NCBI GenBank assembly: GCA_905178155.1
Contig: CAJINV010000004.1
Span: forward strand, 1-64,000
Source: Amoebophrya sp. A120
Lineage: Eukaryota > Protista > Dinoflagellata
Length of the DNA stretch: 64,000 nt
Direction: 5' to 3'
Positions 36,001 to 47,036 of this stretch are shown here, one piece after another. Position 1 is the stretch's first letter; each line of letters opens with the position of its first letter. The notes under the pieces were generated by a model. The model was not told the origin of the DNA and made no database searches. It was given only the letters and a program-made list of their open reading frames with translations. The translations under genes and the position numbers were made by a program.

Positions 36001-39000
36001 GAAAGCGGGCGACGTAGGCAGCCCGAAGCGAGAAGAATAGCGAGCGGTCGGAACGGCTAGGAAACGAAGGAAGAGCTGCTGCGATCGTTCGCACAGCTAG
36101 GCAAGCAGCAGGCCCAGTAGAGTATGAATGATTTGGATTTTGAAACTAGAACTAGCAGGAAGAACCTACCCAACACCGGTAGCAAGATGCAAAGCACTCG
36201 AACCCGTAGACCTGCGCATCTGGAATCCTTAGGGGAATCAGATCGCGACCTGGCTACTTCAGTGCAAAGCTTTAGCGCTTCAGCATCTACAGAGCAAGAA
36301 AAGCACTCACCTGACAAACTTCGAAGATTCCAGCCTTTTCATTCGATCGCAAGATCGGGCAATAACAAAAGGGACAGGTGGAGGATTTGAATTTGTTCGA
36401 GTTGCTAACGACCCAGGCGCGACCTGCGGCAAGGAAGGAAGCTAGTCGGCCAGACAGCACAGCACAGAGGACCACTAGGGTCGTGGATTCGTTCCACCAG
36501 CGCGATAGAGAACTTCGACACCAGGCACAGGGCAAAAATCGCACCCGTGCACAGATTCGAATACGTGGCAGAACAGAGGACGGGCCCACGAGCCGTCGGC
36601 GCCAGCTTGCGAGCGGTCGGCATGTCGCCACAGGAACGGACAGGCTACGAGCCGTCGGCGCCAGCCTGCGGGCGGTCGACAAGTCAACACAGAGAGGAAG
36701 AGGCTACCTTCGAGGTTTGGCCAGGCTGCTCAAAGGCCCGAGCATGCCACACAGCACACAGATAGATAGATACGAGGTCGAAGGATGTAAGACGTCCCAG
36801 GACGGTGCGTGGACGCATTCAAATAGAAAAAGCGCAGCTGTGACCGACTTAGCAAGTTGCTCTATGAATGGTTTTCGATGCCTCGAATTCCGCAAGAAGA
36901 TCCCGCCCGAGCGCGTGGCCAGATCTGTTGCTTCGTGCACTGACAAGATTCCTGCTTTGGCAGCGAATTCATTTTGACGATTTAGGTTCTGACTCGATTC
37001 CCAATCGCGTCCCCATTCCAAAAAGTATATCTGTTTTGAAAAAGAAAAACCCACTAGGCACAGACACAGGAAACTCAGTCACCGTTTCAGGGGGTGAAGT
37101 GCAGACCAAACCTGCAGTAGGTGAAACGGCGCCAGAGTTTCGGCGTCCGGAACGGGTAGAACCCAAAGCCCCACGAGAAAAGCAAGAACAGGCGGCCAGT
37201 AGCGGCTGCAGAGGATTCCCCGACCGGGGGGAGAAGAAAGACGACGATGAAGAAAGACGGATGTTTGTAGATTTAGTTGTAGAGACGAGAACGCACTATG
37301 GCTACGCAGCAAGACAGATTTACAGTTTTGAAACTTTGGACTTTGGAGTGAGGGGGTGTATGACGGATAAGTTTGTAATGCACCCACAGCCTCACAGAGT
37401 ACAAACTTGATCCACTCCAATAGTCCAAAGATCTAGATAGCCTAAGGACATGAAGACAGATAGAGATCCTTAGTGTTGTAGTACCATGAAGACAGTCCAC
37501 AGGGCTAGGAAGACACTGAGCCAACATGATGAACACATATACACCCAGGGCCCTTGAGCTAGGACAGACTTACAGCATAGCAGTACTAGACTTAGTCATG
37601 GCACTGTAGATGTGCATAGTTGTTCTACCATCGTAGTGTAGTTTGTATTGCGTACTCCGTGGGAAGTTTGTGTGCCGTTGCAGACTTTCCCTTTACACAG
37701 CGAGGCCGCCCGCCCTCGTTCCACAACATCCAGGCTGTTCTTCGACTCCTACTGGTGTTGTCGCAAAGAACCACCATCCGATCTCGTCCACGCCACTAGC
37801 TTACAATTCTTTTCCTCCAGGAACCGGCGCAACGTCTTGTGCCGCCGAAACGGCGCAGCTGGTCGCGCAACACGTCGAGTACCGCCCCCCGTCTAGCAGT
37901 AGTACAACAAGCATGATGGCAGCGACCCCTCCATTTTTACCGGCTGTCCCAGCGGCGGCCTGCTCTTCATTGCTCGCCCCACCGAGACCGCGCAGGCAAA
38001 GCATTATGGAGAAGGTCGGGGGGGGCCATCAAGTTTATTCGCAAAGTAATCTTCCCGTGCAAGTGCAACAGCATCAGTTACCGGGGTATCCAATTATAAC
38101 GTCCACTGGAAACTTCGTAGCCACTTCTTGTTCCTCGCGGCCAACCAGTCAACGGTCTATCTTGCAACGTAGCCAACTTTCCAGTCACAGCAACCTGGAG
38201 GCGGTCCTCGAGGGTGGAGCAGATGATCCTTTTGCGGCTCCGAGAATAGATTCTGCTGCATCTTCTGTTCCCATTAATATTTCTGCGGAAAATAAAACGA
38301 GTGTCGGCCTAGTACATGAAGACCGACCAAGCTCCACGGTGACCAACGCGGCGGCTGGTGCAACCACTCGCCAGAGTGCTGTTCATATTAAACCTCCAGC
38401 TGTTTCAACACAGCTCCGCGGGACGACAACGACCTCCTCGACTGCATCTACAACTCTTGCTGGAGGATCAACACAGCATGAAATCAATAGGGACGCCGAG
38501 ACGTCCCGCAGCGAGGCCCTGCAACAGCGCACCCTGTTGCTCCTGCAGCGCCGGCAGAGCAGCATGGGCATGCAGATCCTGCAGAACGCCTCCTCCAATC
38601 AAGGTGCTGCATCAGCTGCGGCCAGTAATCTCGCGCCATCAGGCTCAGGCGTGATCAACCACGTAGCAGGCCAGACTGCCCCGAAGATGAACAACACGCT
38701 ATTCCATCAGCGGCGGGCGAGCACGGCAGCTGCACTCGTTGTCCCGAGAGCCGCGATCTTAAACGCTGCGAACGCCGGCTGTATGGGCACGACACCAAAC
38801 GTTAATCGTCGCGCGAGTTCCACTGGGCTAATACAACAACACATGATCATGGCACCTAGTACAACAACTTCTCGCGGAGCACCAGGCGCCCCCACCAGCA
38901 TAGTTAAACCAGTACTATCCCAATCACGACCAGATGTTGTGGGTGAAGGGGCGATTCTTTTTCAAGGCCGACGTGCCAGCAGTACTTCTGGGTACATCTT

Positions 39001-42000
39001 CAGCGGTGGTCGACGTCCTGCAGCCGGGCCAGGTTGTTCTGGTGCGACTTCAAGTTCTTGCGGCGAGGCCCGCGAGGAACTACGTGATGTTGATAACAAG
39101 AACTACGCTCTTGCCCCAAAAAGCGGCACAACAATCGCCGCCGAAGATGAAGATGAAGACAAAATGACATCACGCAGCAAAAATCATGTTAGCGAGCGAG
39201 GACGGAAACCTACCTCGACATTAGTTTCGAGTCAGCGGCATTCTCTAGCCGCGACCGGCAGGAGCTCCTGTCGGGGCACGAGCAGGCGAGGCTCCCTTAC
39301 GCCGGTGATTGTAAACGGCGACGCAAGTAGTTCTTGTAATTCCCCCGTGCTCGTCGGGGGGACGGGCACGGCAGCAGGCGGTCCGGTTTTATTAACGGAA
39401 GCTGCTGCACTTGAGCAAGAAGATGCTCCAAAGCTGTATGATAATTACCCCGCTCATGTTATCCTGAGTAAAAACGTACCCACACCAGAGTCAAAATGAG
39501 GATTTTGCAACACAAACCTAGGAGTTTTAGGAGTCACGCATGACAGGTTGCGCTATGCAGTGTAGTGCAGGTTAGCAAGTGCAGCCGCGTCACAGATTCA
39601 TCTGCTCATCCTGTGTACAGCATCACAAATGTCAAAACACGACTGGAAATGCCTCTCATGCAGATGCGCATTACAAATGTTCCTGTCATTGCAAATCTGC
39701 ATGACAACTCTGGTGTGGGTACGTTTTTACTTAGGATACATGTTGATACTCACGCGTCTGCAACAGCGTCGCCGGTGGGTTTGCACCCGGAGCTGCTTGC
39801 GCAGATGCAAAATCAGCCGAAGTATCAAATGTAAAACAAAGTGTCTGGGTCTGGAAGAGCGCACGTTTGTCATGCTTGTCTGGCATGACTCTGAAATCTG
39901 TCATGCACGTTAAGTACCCAAGAGCGCTATTTTTCTGTCATGCAGAAACGCAGTTTGTCGTGCAGAATAGGCAACACCTAGAAGCTCAGAAACCTGTCAT
40001 GCTGAGCCAGCACTTGTGGCCTCCTCATGATACGCCACCCAGCATCACAAGTTTCCAGAGCCAGACACTTTTACACTTTATACGAAGGACCGGGTGTCGA
40101 AACTCTCGGAACTGGTGGGAGCTGCGGCCGCAAAAAACTCGGCCGTCAAGGACCCGAGGACCAGCACGAAGGAAGGAGGTACAACTGTGCGGCGTGCTGT
40201 CGAGGAGGAGGACCTGACGAGTCGCGGCGACGAGACTGGCAATGACACCACGTCGGACGAAGAGCTCCTGCATCATGGGTGTGAAGCAGTGGTGGAGCAG
40301 GAACAAATGGTGGCGCAGGTGGGCGGGAGAAATTATCAAAGCCAAATAATTGATCTGGACCAGAAAATGAAGAGTTATGGAAAGAACCAATCGGAGCTGC
40401 TCTCCTGCGAAGTTGTAGACAATGCACTGCAGCAGCAGCGGCAGGAGCAGTCACGGTTGCAACTAGAAGTAGAGCAGCACAATTTTCATCGCGTTGATCG
40501 GTCACATCAAGAATTTGATTTCTCGTCGCAAAACGAATTTGACGTGGTGGAAAGCGCGGCCCTCGAGGGGGCAGATGACAACTCATATGCATTGCAGGAG
40601 CATCTTCGTACTTACCGATAAAGATAATTTCCCGAGAAACTACAGTAAATTTGAATTTACGGTCTCGTATTTTTAAGATTTAAAAGAAAGCTTGTAGTGC
40701 TGGCGGAGCTAAAACAGACTGAAAAAAGTAAAGGAGATTCTTGCAATCGGTACGAGTGCGATGCTTGTTTTGAAGATGACACCCGAACGGAGGAGGCAAT
40801 AGCGGTGACGTATGAGGTATATGTGGAAATCCAGGAAAAAATCATCTTGGTGGTGTCCAAATTTCGCACGTTCGAAACCGATTACAACATCTTCCAGTGT
40901 GGACTGATGACCTTCGTGGTTGGGTTTCTGGTCAACTTCGTTTTTTTCGAGATGAGCATCTTATTCTACACAAAAATACAACTACTACACCCATTCATTA
41001 CAATAGTACGAGGGAAAAAATGAAATTTACTGTGTTGCGGGTAGTTCTTTATGGTGTCGTAAGTTTTCGCAGCTCAGCATTGCAAACATTTTCGGCACCC
41101 GCACCTCTCTATACTGTAATCTCTCTGGAACGCATTATAAGCTGTGCATGTCCTCTGGTGGAAGATGAAACTGAAGGAAAATTTGCCCTGCTCTTCTCGT
41201 GGTCTTTCATCTTGCATTTTTACAAGGTTATAATTTCCAGTAGGGCCAATTAATTTAGCAAGATAATTTTCTCTCTGCTATGGCTATGGGCGTAGTTGTA
41301 GTTCTTCTCTGTGGGATACATGTTGGGTCCAGCAGAGGACGAGGACGCGGAGGGTAGTCGTGACAGCGCTGCGTGTGAGCAGGTTGTGCCGTTGTACGGG
41401 ATTCTATCCATCGCAAAAGTACGATAATCGCAGTAGTACAACGTAGCAATTTTTACGCAGCATTTTTATAGAACATCAAACCAGAAGTGCAAGAACAATA
41501 AATTCTTTTGATTGCAGAAGGAAAAGTGCGATAGTACTTTTGCTGCATCGGGGATAAATTCTTTTGCTGTTCAACTTGGTCCTGTTTCTCGACATTTTGT
41601 GGCTGAAGGAGATGGCCGGCATCTACTATCACAGGGAAAAGTGTTAACGTCGACGGAATTTGTGCTGCAGAAATGCATCACAAAAGGTGCCCAGATTTGT
41701 CATGCTTGGCATGGGTATTAGGCAAAAATTGTGATGCGTATCTGCATTCGGTGAAAACGTTAACACTTTTTTGTTTGATATCTACGAGTCGTTTCTCATA
41801 GAGCGGGTGCAGACCACCTGCCTGGACTCCATTGCCATATGGAAGCGTCAGGATTGAAATCGTCACAGTTGAAATAATTTCTCATGCATGGACTGCAAGA
41901 CATGAAGCGCCTCTCTTGCAGGGATGGCAAGTGAGGCAGATTGTGAGCCTATTTAGGTTTTGGAATAGAGCTGCTAAAAGAGCATGACAAAAGCAGCCTT

Positions 42001-42341
42001 CTGTGCCAAGACAGCATGACAAATTGGATTCCGCTGCTCCGAAAATTTGTCATGCGCCGCTTGGAAATTGGGCTTCCAACTGGTATCCATTTTATGCATG
42101 ACAAATCATTTCAACTTTGTCGATTTCAAACCTGACGCTTCCATATGCCAAGCTGTCCGTGTACCTGTTCAACGACGCGCAGGCCCTGAACCTGAACCTC
42201 GCGACCCAGCAGCACTCGATGTGCATCCGGCTTTTTGGGCAGCCGATCACCTACGCACTGCTGTGGAAGGCGGTGTCCCTGGTGGTGCTCAACCTGATGA
42301 TGACCCTCATGGTGCCGCTGCTGCTCAGCAACAGGTCGTAG
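21010..42341 (+). CDS. Large multi-pass membrane protein with long low-complexity loops; C-terminus resembles 7TM ion channel (gustatory-receptor-like/DUF3537) proteins
   Basis: Frame stays open across the checked introner junctions from MTPSLAKVV. Hydrophobic segments lie near 25.6, 26.1, 33.8, 34.0-34.4, 40.9, 41.2 and 42.2 kb. Last exon reads LSVYL..CIRLFGQPITYALLWKAVSLVVLNL. Family assignment is inferred and the single-gene model is not fully verified. Confidence 0.55.
21126..21636. mobile_element. Introner family A with an internal foreign segment
   Basis: DR GCGGG; 511 bp versus ~262 bp typical. Confidence 0.85.
21678..21827. mobile_element. Introner family C
   Basis: DR TCCCA. Confidence 0.9.
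21881..22201. mobile_element. Introner family H
   Basis: DR CCAGC. Confidence 0.9.
22244..22392. mobile_element. Introner family C
   Basis: DR AGCTC. Confidence 0.9.
22413..22590. mobile_element. Introner family C
   Basis: DR CAACG/CGACG. Confidence 0.82.
22655..22975. mobile_element. Introner family H (opposite orientation to 21881)
   Basis: DR GACAA. Confidence 0.9.
23008..23346. mobile_element. Introner family E
   Basis: DR TGGTC/GGGTC. Confidence 0.78.
23396..23552. mobile_element. Introner family C
   Basis: DR CAGCA. Confidence 0.88.
24284..24485. mobile_element. Introner family B
   Basis: DR CTTGC. Confidence 0.9.
24547..24807. mobile_element. Introner family A
   Basis: DR ACGGC. 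Confidence 0.9.
24849..25105. mobile_element. Introner family A (second internal subtype)
   Basis: DR CGCGC. Confidence 0.9.
25157..25265. mobile_element. Introner family I (short, TIR TATCCAGGAMAAAACACCC); right end TG
   Basis: DR CTGGC. Confidence 0.85.
25333..25610. mobile_element. Introner family A
   Basis: DR TCACC. Confidence 0.88.
25895..26002. mobile_element. Introner family I
   Basis: DR AGAGC. Confidence 0.88.
26244..26599. mobile_element. Introner family H
   Basis: DR GACCT/GCCCT. Confidence 0.8.
27622..27795. mobile_element. Introner family C
   Basis: DR AAACA/AAGCA. Confidence 0.8.
27983..28244. mobile_element. Introner family A
   Basis: DR GCGGG; highly similar to 17666-17927. 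Confidence 0.92.
28389..28627. mobile_element. Introner family F
   Basis: DR CTGGA. Confidence 0.92.
28706..28914. mobile_element. Introner family B-like
   Basis: DR ATCAT; TIR TATCCAAGAAAAAAAC. Confidence 0.85.
31231..31463. mobile_element. Introner family G
   Basis: DR TCGTC. Confidence 0.88.
31547..31876. mobile_element. Introner family D
   Basis: DR AGCCT/TGCCT. Confidence 0.85.
33132..33330. mobile_element. Introner family B
   Basis: DR TCTCA. Confidence 0.9.
33414..33700. mobile_element. Introner family E
   Basis: DR CCAGG. Confidence 0.88.
34001..34298. mobile_element. Introner family A
   Basis: DR GTGTC/GTTTC. Confidence 0.8.
34617..34879. mobile_element. Introner family A
   Basis: DR TTCCG. 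Confidence 0.92.
34979..35380. mobile_element. Introner family E (with internal AT-rich insert)
   Basis: DR GATTT; lies at the duplication junction. Confidence 0.85.
35427..35689. mobile_element. Introner family A (duplicate of 34617)
   Basis: DR TTCCG. Confidence 0.92.
35788..37695. mobile_element. 1.9-kb insertion with 43-bp near-terminal direct repeats and a 56-bp flanking host duplication
   Basis: 35800-35842 = 37655-37697; 35732-35787 = 37696-37751. Confidence 0.7.
39460..39738. mobile_element. Introner family E
   Basis: DR CATGT, ~32-bp TIR. Confidence 0.92.
39823..40082. mobile_element. Introner family A
   Basis: DR CGAAG. Confidence 0.88.
41405..41555. mobile_element. Introner family C, degenerate
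   Basis: DR GATTC/AATTC. Confidence 0.65.
41627..41780. mobile_element. Introner family B-like (short)
   Basis: DR TCTAC. Confidence 0.82.
41838..42145. mobile_element. Introner family D
   Basis: DR TGCCA. Confidence 0.92.
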
Positions 42342-43477
42342 CAGGGACTACAACTTCTCAACAGGCATACTGAATGATCTTCATTGTTTTTACATCGCAC
42401 TTCTGGAAATCATAATCAATCTAGTATTTCTATTTCATTTTCTATCTAGATACTTTTATCTATTGTGCATAGTGACTGATGGCGTGCACCTTTTATCTTG
42501 CTTTGAGTTTGCACCAACATCGTGGTCCTCCGTTTTGGTTGATCATCGGCATAGGAAGCAAATTGCTTTGCGTACGAAAAAAGCTTCCTAGAAGTGAGTA
42601 GTTGTCTATGATTGAACAAGCGAAAGTGAAATGCAAGCGTACGGATTGTGATTGTCCTCTACCGCTACGTTTTTTTTTCTTAAAAATAAAATGCAACTCT
42701 GGTGTTACTAGTTTTTCAAGGATAATGGTATTCTCCTATTCGTACTACCATTCCAGGTACGAATGTAGCACGTCGCTCTCCCCGCGTTGATATCAGTCTC
42801 GAAGCAACTTCTTTTTAGGTCATGATTACGACTAGAAATAAATAAAAAACCGGTCATGATGAAAATGTCACCATTTTTGAAGGCGATGCTAAAAACCATA
42901 TTTCCAATTTCTCCGGTTGCAAGCTGCGTACCGAGTTTATTTTTGTCTTACTTATTGCCTGCAGAAATAGAAACTTCATCATCCGTCATCATGAAATTGG
43001 AGCTCCGCCATAGCATAGTTTCTTCCCGTGCATCTTCCGTAAAATGTCAGTGCAAAGAAGGAGAAAAGATTATACGTACTCTCTGTTTTTATCATGATCC
43101 GGGCGGAAAGGCAGTTTGCTCCGTTGTGCAGCAGTGAATTTAAGAAGATGGAGTCGCCTGAAGCTACATTTCCATTTACATAGTTCATCTGTAAATAACA
43201 CATAATACGATGGGTATGATGTGCTACGTATTTTACTAAAACTAGCAAAGAAACTCTTTCAAAGAGACAGTCATATCACATATTCGAAAAGGTAAAGCGA
43301 GGCAAATATCATACCAAGCAATTGTTGAACAAACAACTTGTTGATAAGGCGGTGTGAATCACCCATGATCATGAAATAGAATGAACATGGCCTGTCGACG
43401 TTTCTGGAATTTCAGTTCACATCAATTCTGAAAAAATGATGGATCAGAATTACTATCTATTATATTCATGCGAAAAA

Positions 43478-44000
43478 AGAGGTCTACAGAGGGTCGAAGG
43501 GAGGTGGCCGAGAGGTCAAAAGGAGGGCAACAGAGGTCAAAAAGAGGTCGACAGAGGTGGAGAGGTGGCGCGGGAGGTCGTTCGGGAGGGTGGCCGAGAG
43601 GTGGCGCGGGTATAGCCAGCCGAACCGTTCACCCTAAAGCCGCGCCTATGGGGCCCGGAGGTGGCCGAGAGGGTCCCGAGAGGGTAGGCGAGAGGGGGAC
43701 AGAGGTGCCGAGAGGTTGCGCGAATAAGGGCGAACCTCTCGCGCACCCTCCTGGCCACCTCTCGGCCACCTCTGTAGACCTCTACTGGCGAGTATAGCTG
43801 GACTATTAGCAGCACCTCTCGGGAGAGGTGAAAAAGAGGGTCTGCGAGAGGGTCAAAAAAACCCGAATCCCTCCGGCACGCGGCCGATTTTGTTTGGGCC
43901 TTTTCATCGCGCAGGCCCACACCCTTTCGCGCTACCCTCTCGCGCTACCCTCTCGCGCCACCCTCTCGCGCGACCCTCTCGCGCGACCCTCTCGCGCCAA
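43478..44000. repeat. GAGAGG/CCTCTC-rich fold-back repeat region
   Basis: AGAGGTCTACAGAGG (43478) is inverted at 43769-43783; ACCCTCTCGCGC-type tandem units at 43921-43998. Confidence 0.75.
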
Positions 44001-45007
44001 CGATTTCCGCCGGGAAGCAAATAGGGCGGGGGCGTGTGGGTGATCAAAAAAGGGCAGCGCGGCCCCCGTATTGCTTCCTTCGGCGCCTATAAATGTCGAG
44101 TCAGCTTCTCTTCGCCCCCAAGCTTCGCTGCAGCTGCTCTCTGCGCATAGCGCCTGCAGGCGTGGGAAGCGCGCAGGAGGCCCTGCGGGTTGACATGGCG
44201 AAAACCGGGCCAGTAGCCCCCTCGGTCTGTTGCGCTGTGCCCAAAGCTCCGGCGCTGCGGTCCAGCCCGCGCATTGTCCTGCCCCGCCACAACAGCCTTG
44301 CGCTCCGGCGTTAGCCGGAGCATGGCTGGTCCATGTTCATGTAAAAAAATCAATCGCGGCTGTTCTAACTACTACCTCAAGATCTTCACAGTTGTGCATT
44401 CCAGCAGTAGAGATCCACATATTTTTCATTCCCGCGCCGCAGTGAAAAGAAAAGACAGTGACAGTAAAGATGAAAAAATAAAAGCAAAATCTCTCATGCA
44501 AAAGAGGACCCTGATTCAAGAACATCTATATTATGGGCCGACGTTAAGGCCACAGTGAACAAGATCTGACATATTTATGAACCTCACGCTCTGCTCGTGC
44601 TCGTACGACGACTGATGCACTACAAGAAGTTCCATGTTGATGCATTGAGTACCCGAGACATTGAGTTGTCGCATACCTCCGAAAATTAATAATATTAATT
44701 TCCTGAATTCGAATTATTATATTTTTTTGCAGCCACGCCACTTCTTCCGCTGCGTCGCAAAGGCAAACTACTCCTATTCAGCAAATAAGAAGATTACAGG
44801 GACGAAAAAGAACAGGAGTAGGTCGTGCTGGGGCGATCTAAGACTTAGAGACGAACTGACTACAACAAAAATCATCACTGTTTTTGCACAGTTTCCAGGA
44901 ACAAGATTTGTACTAGACTACTAGACAGCACGTTATCAACATCGCTTTAGAATATTTACAGACTACAGCACGACAGAGAACTAGAAGACGACGAAAAAAC
45001 ACGGAAG

Positions 45008-47036
45008 ATGTTGCGTTCACTCCTCTCCTCGTGTAGTGTTTTTCTCTGGTCACACCCGGGGCACCAATCCGTCCTCGCCAGCGTGTCGCCCCGCCTTCGC
45101 CGCGGCTTGAGCCGCGAAGTCGGGAGAGAACGGAGTCGGAGTCCTGCCGACGTCCTCGAGACCTCCCGCACTTCTTCCTCGACTGCTGACGCTGCTGGGT
45201 CCGCCGGTCCCGCGCTCGTCATTTGGACCATCGGAGGCGCTGCGTTCGGGGACCGGATTCCCTATGCACACTGGAAAGACAGGACTGTTGCGGACCTCAT
45301 CAACAAAGTAGAAAGGGGAGAGTGGGAGCCTTCCTCTGGTGCGGCTTACCAGCAGGACGAGTTTTTTGGTAGCAGTTTTGGAAGCAGTAGGACGCAGCTC
45401 GTCACGGCTGGTTTGCCCGCGGTGCAACTTGATGCCGGCACCAACGGCCAGCAGAAATTGGCAGACCAACTGCGCGCGCATCTAATGCCAGCACCGCTCG
45501 TTTCCGTTTATTCGTCTCCTACTTCAACTTCGCCTGCGGCCCAACAAGACACCAGGGACATACACCTGACGCTTATCACTGCGACTCGGCAGAAGCCGTA
45601 TTTTGCCATGCTTCTCAGAAAAGCCTTCAGCATCGCCGAGGAGGTGCAGATGCAGCCGAATCGGCAGTCGCTTATTGACACGCTGGAGACTGATATGAAA
45701 GGGCATATGATGAACTTTTGGCGCCCGCCACACGTAGAAGAACTGCAAGGAGGTCGAGGCCAACAAGTGCCCGACGAGAAGAGGGCGCCCAGTGTGAAGG
45801 AGCAATTCTTGGCCTTCATCACGAGCGTCACAGGCGGATCGAGGTCGCCCGAATTGACCGCCTTCCTTGACCGGCATGGAAACGAACTCGCGTGGCTTCT
45901 GGCTCAGATGGACACAGCGCTGCGGACGATGCGTATGCCGGCACGGCCTGGCGATGTCCTAGTGGAAGATGAGTATGCTTTCAAGAGGAGTATGGCTCAA
46001 GCGAGCGTAATGACCCCGGTGAGCCTCGCCCCTTTAGGAACATACGAAGTCGGTCAAAAGTAGAACAAAAGCAATGACGTCGTCCCCCTCACTGACAGCG
46101 CCGCCGCAGCACGGGCCAACGCATAGCCCCGACGTGGAGTTAGATAGAAGGCTCCGGATAGAGTAGTAAATAGAAAGCAACAGTAAGACTAGCGGCTGGA
46201 GACACAAGCTCGGTGATACGCGAGGCGTGCCCGCCAACTCCGGACCCGCAGGGATACGCCCCTCCCCGCGGGATATCGTGGAAAAGAGGCATAGATCCCA
46301 AACAGCAGACTAGCCGCGGTGTGCCATGAGGGCCGGCGCGGATGGGGACCGGAAGGGGGGAGTCGTGCACCAGGCACCGAAAAGGCATGCTTGCCCGCCG
46401 CAACAGGAGTCGGCATGATGTCATGCGTGAGCGGAGGCGCCAACTGCGCTAGGCAGTGGAAGGGCGGATAGATACAAATACTCACTTAGATTGCACAGGT
46501 AGAACTTTGAAAAAGAGACTTCTCAGGCTTGAGAAATTGCATAGTGCATTGATCCCCTCCGATGGCCACGGCCTGGCGATGTCCTAGTGGAAGATGAGTA
46601 TGCTTTCAAGAGGAGTATGGAAGACGCGCGCCTGACGTATGCGTATCGCGACAAACGTCCTTGTCGGCCTGGTGCTCGTCATCTTCAATATGTATCCTTG
46701 TACCACACCACAATGTTGGATGGTGAACCAATCAGAATCTGGATCCACCTGGTTCGGAAAGGAGCCTCCGAAGCTGTACAGGTAGACGCCGAGACCGAGG
46801 ACAGCCTACCGGTAGCTGTACCGGAGAGTATTGCCGCAATTCAGCCTGGTACCGGAGCGCATCTCTTTACTCAGCTTTTCGAATCGGAGGTGAATTTGGG
46901 CGAAGATGCTCTAGGAGTGCCACTGATTATGAGGATTGTCGGCCAAATCCACGGCGCAACTTTCGCAAATCTCCCTTCTCTGAGCTTCGCTATTGATTTT
47001 TTCACCCGTCCACCTCCTGCTCCGAGGGCGGAATGA
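45008..47036 (+). CDS. Hypothetical protein split by a 571-bp insertion with a 54-bp flanking duplication (possible pseudogene)
   Basis: ORFs 45008-46063 and 46587-47036 share EDEYAFKRSM and join in frame when the insert and one repeat copy are removed. Confidence 0.6.
45996..46566. mobile_element. 571-bp insertion flanked by a 54-bp exact duplication
   Basis: 45942-45995 = 46567-46620. Confidence 0.75.

Noticed and set aside
26471-39499. Treating the long ORFs (26471, 29303, 31823, 37643) as separate genes
   Set aside because: Their starts and stops fall within introners or inserts, so they are better explained as low-complexity exons of one gene.
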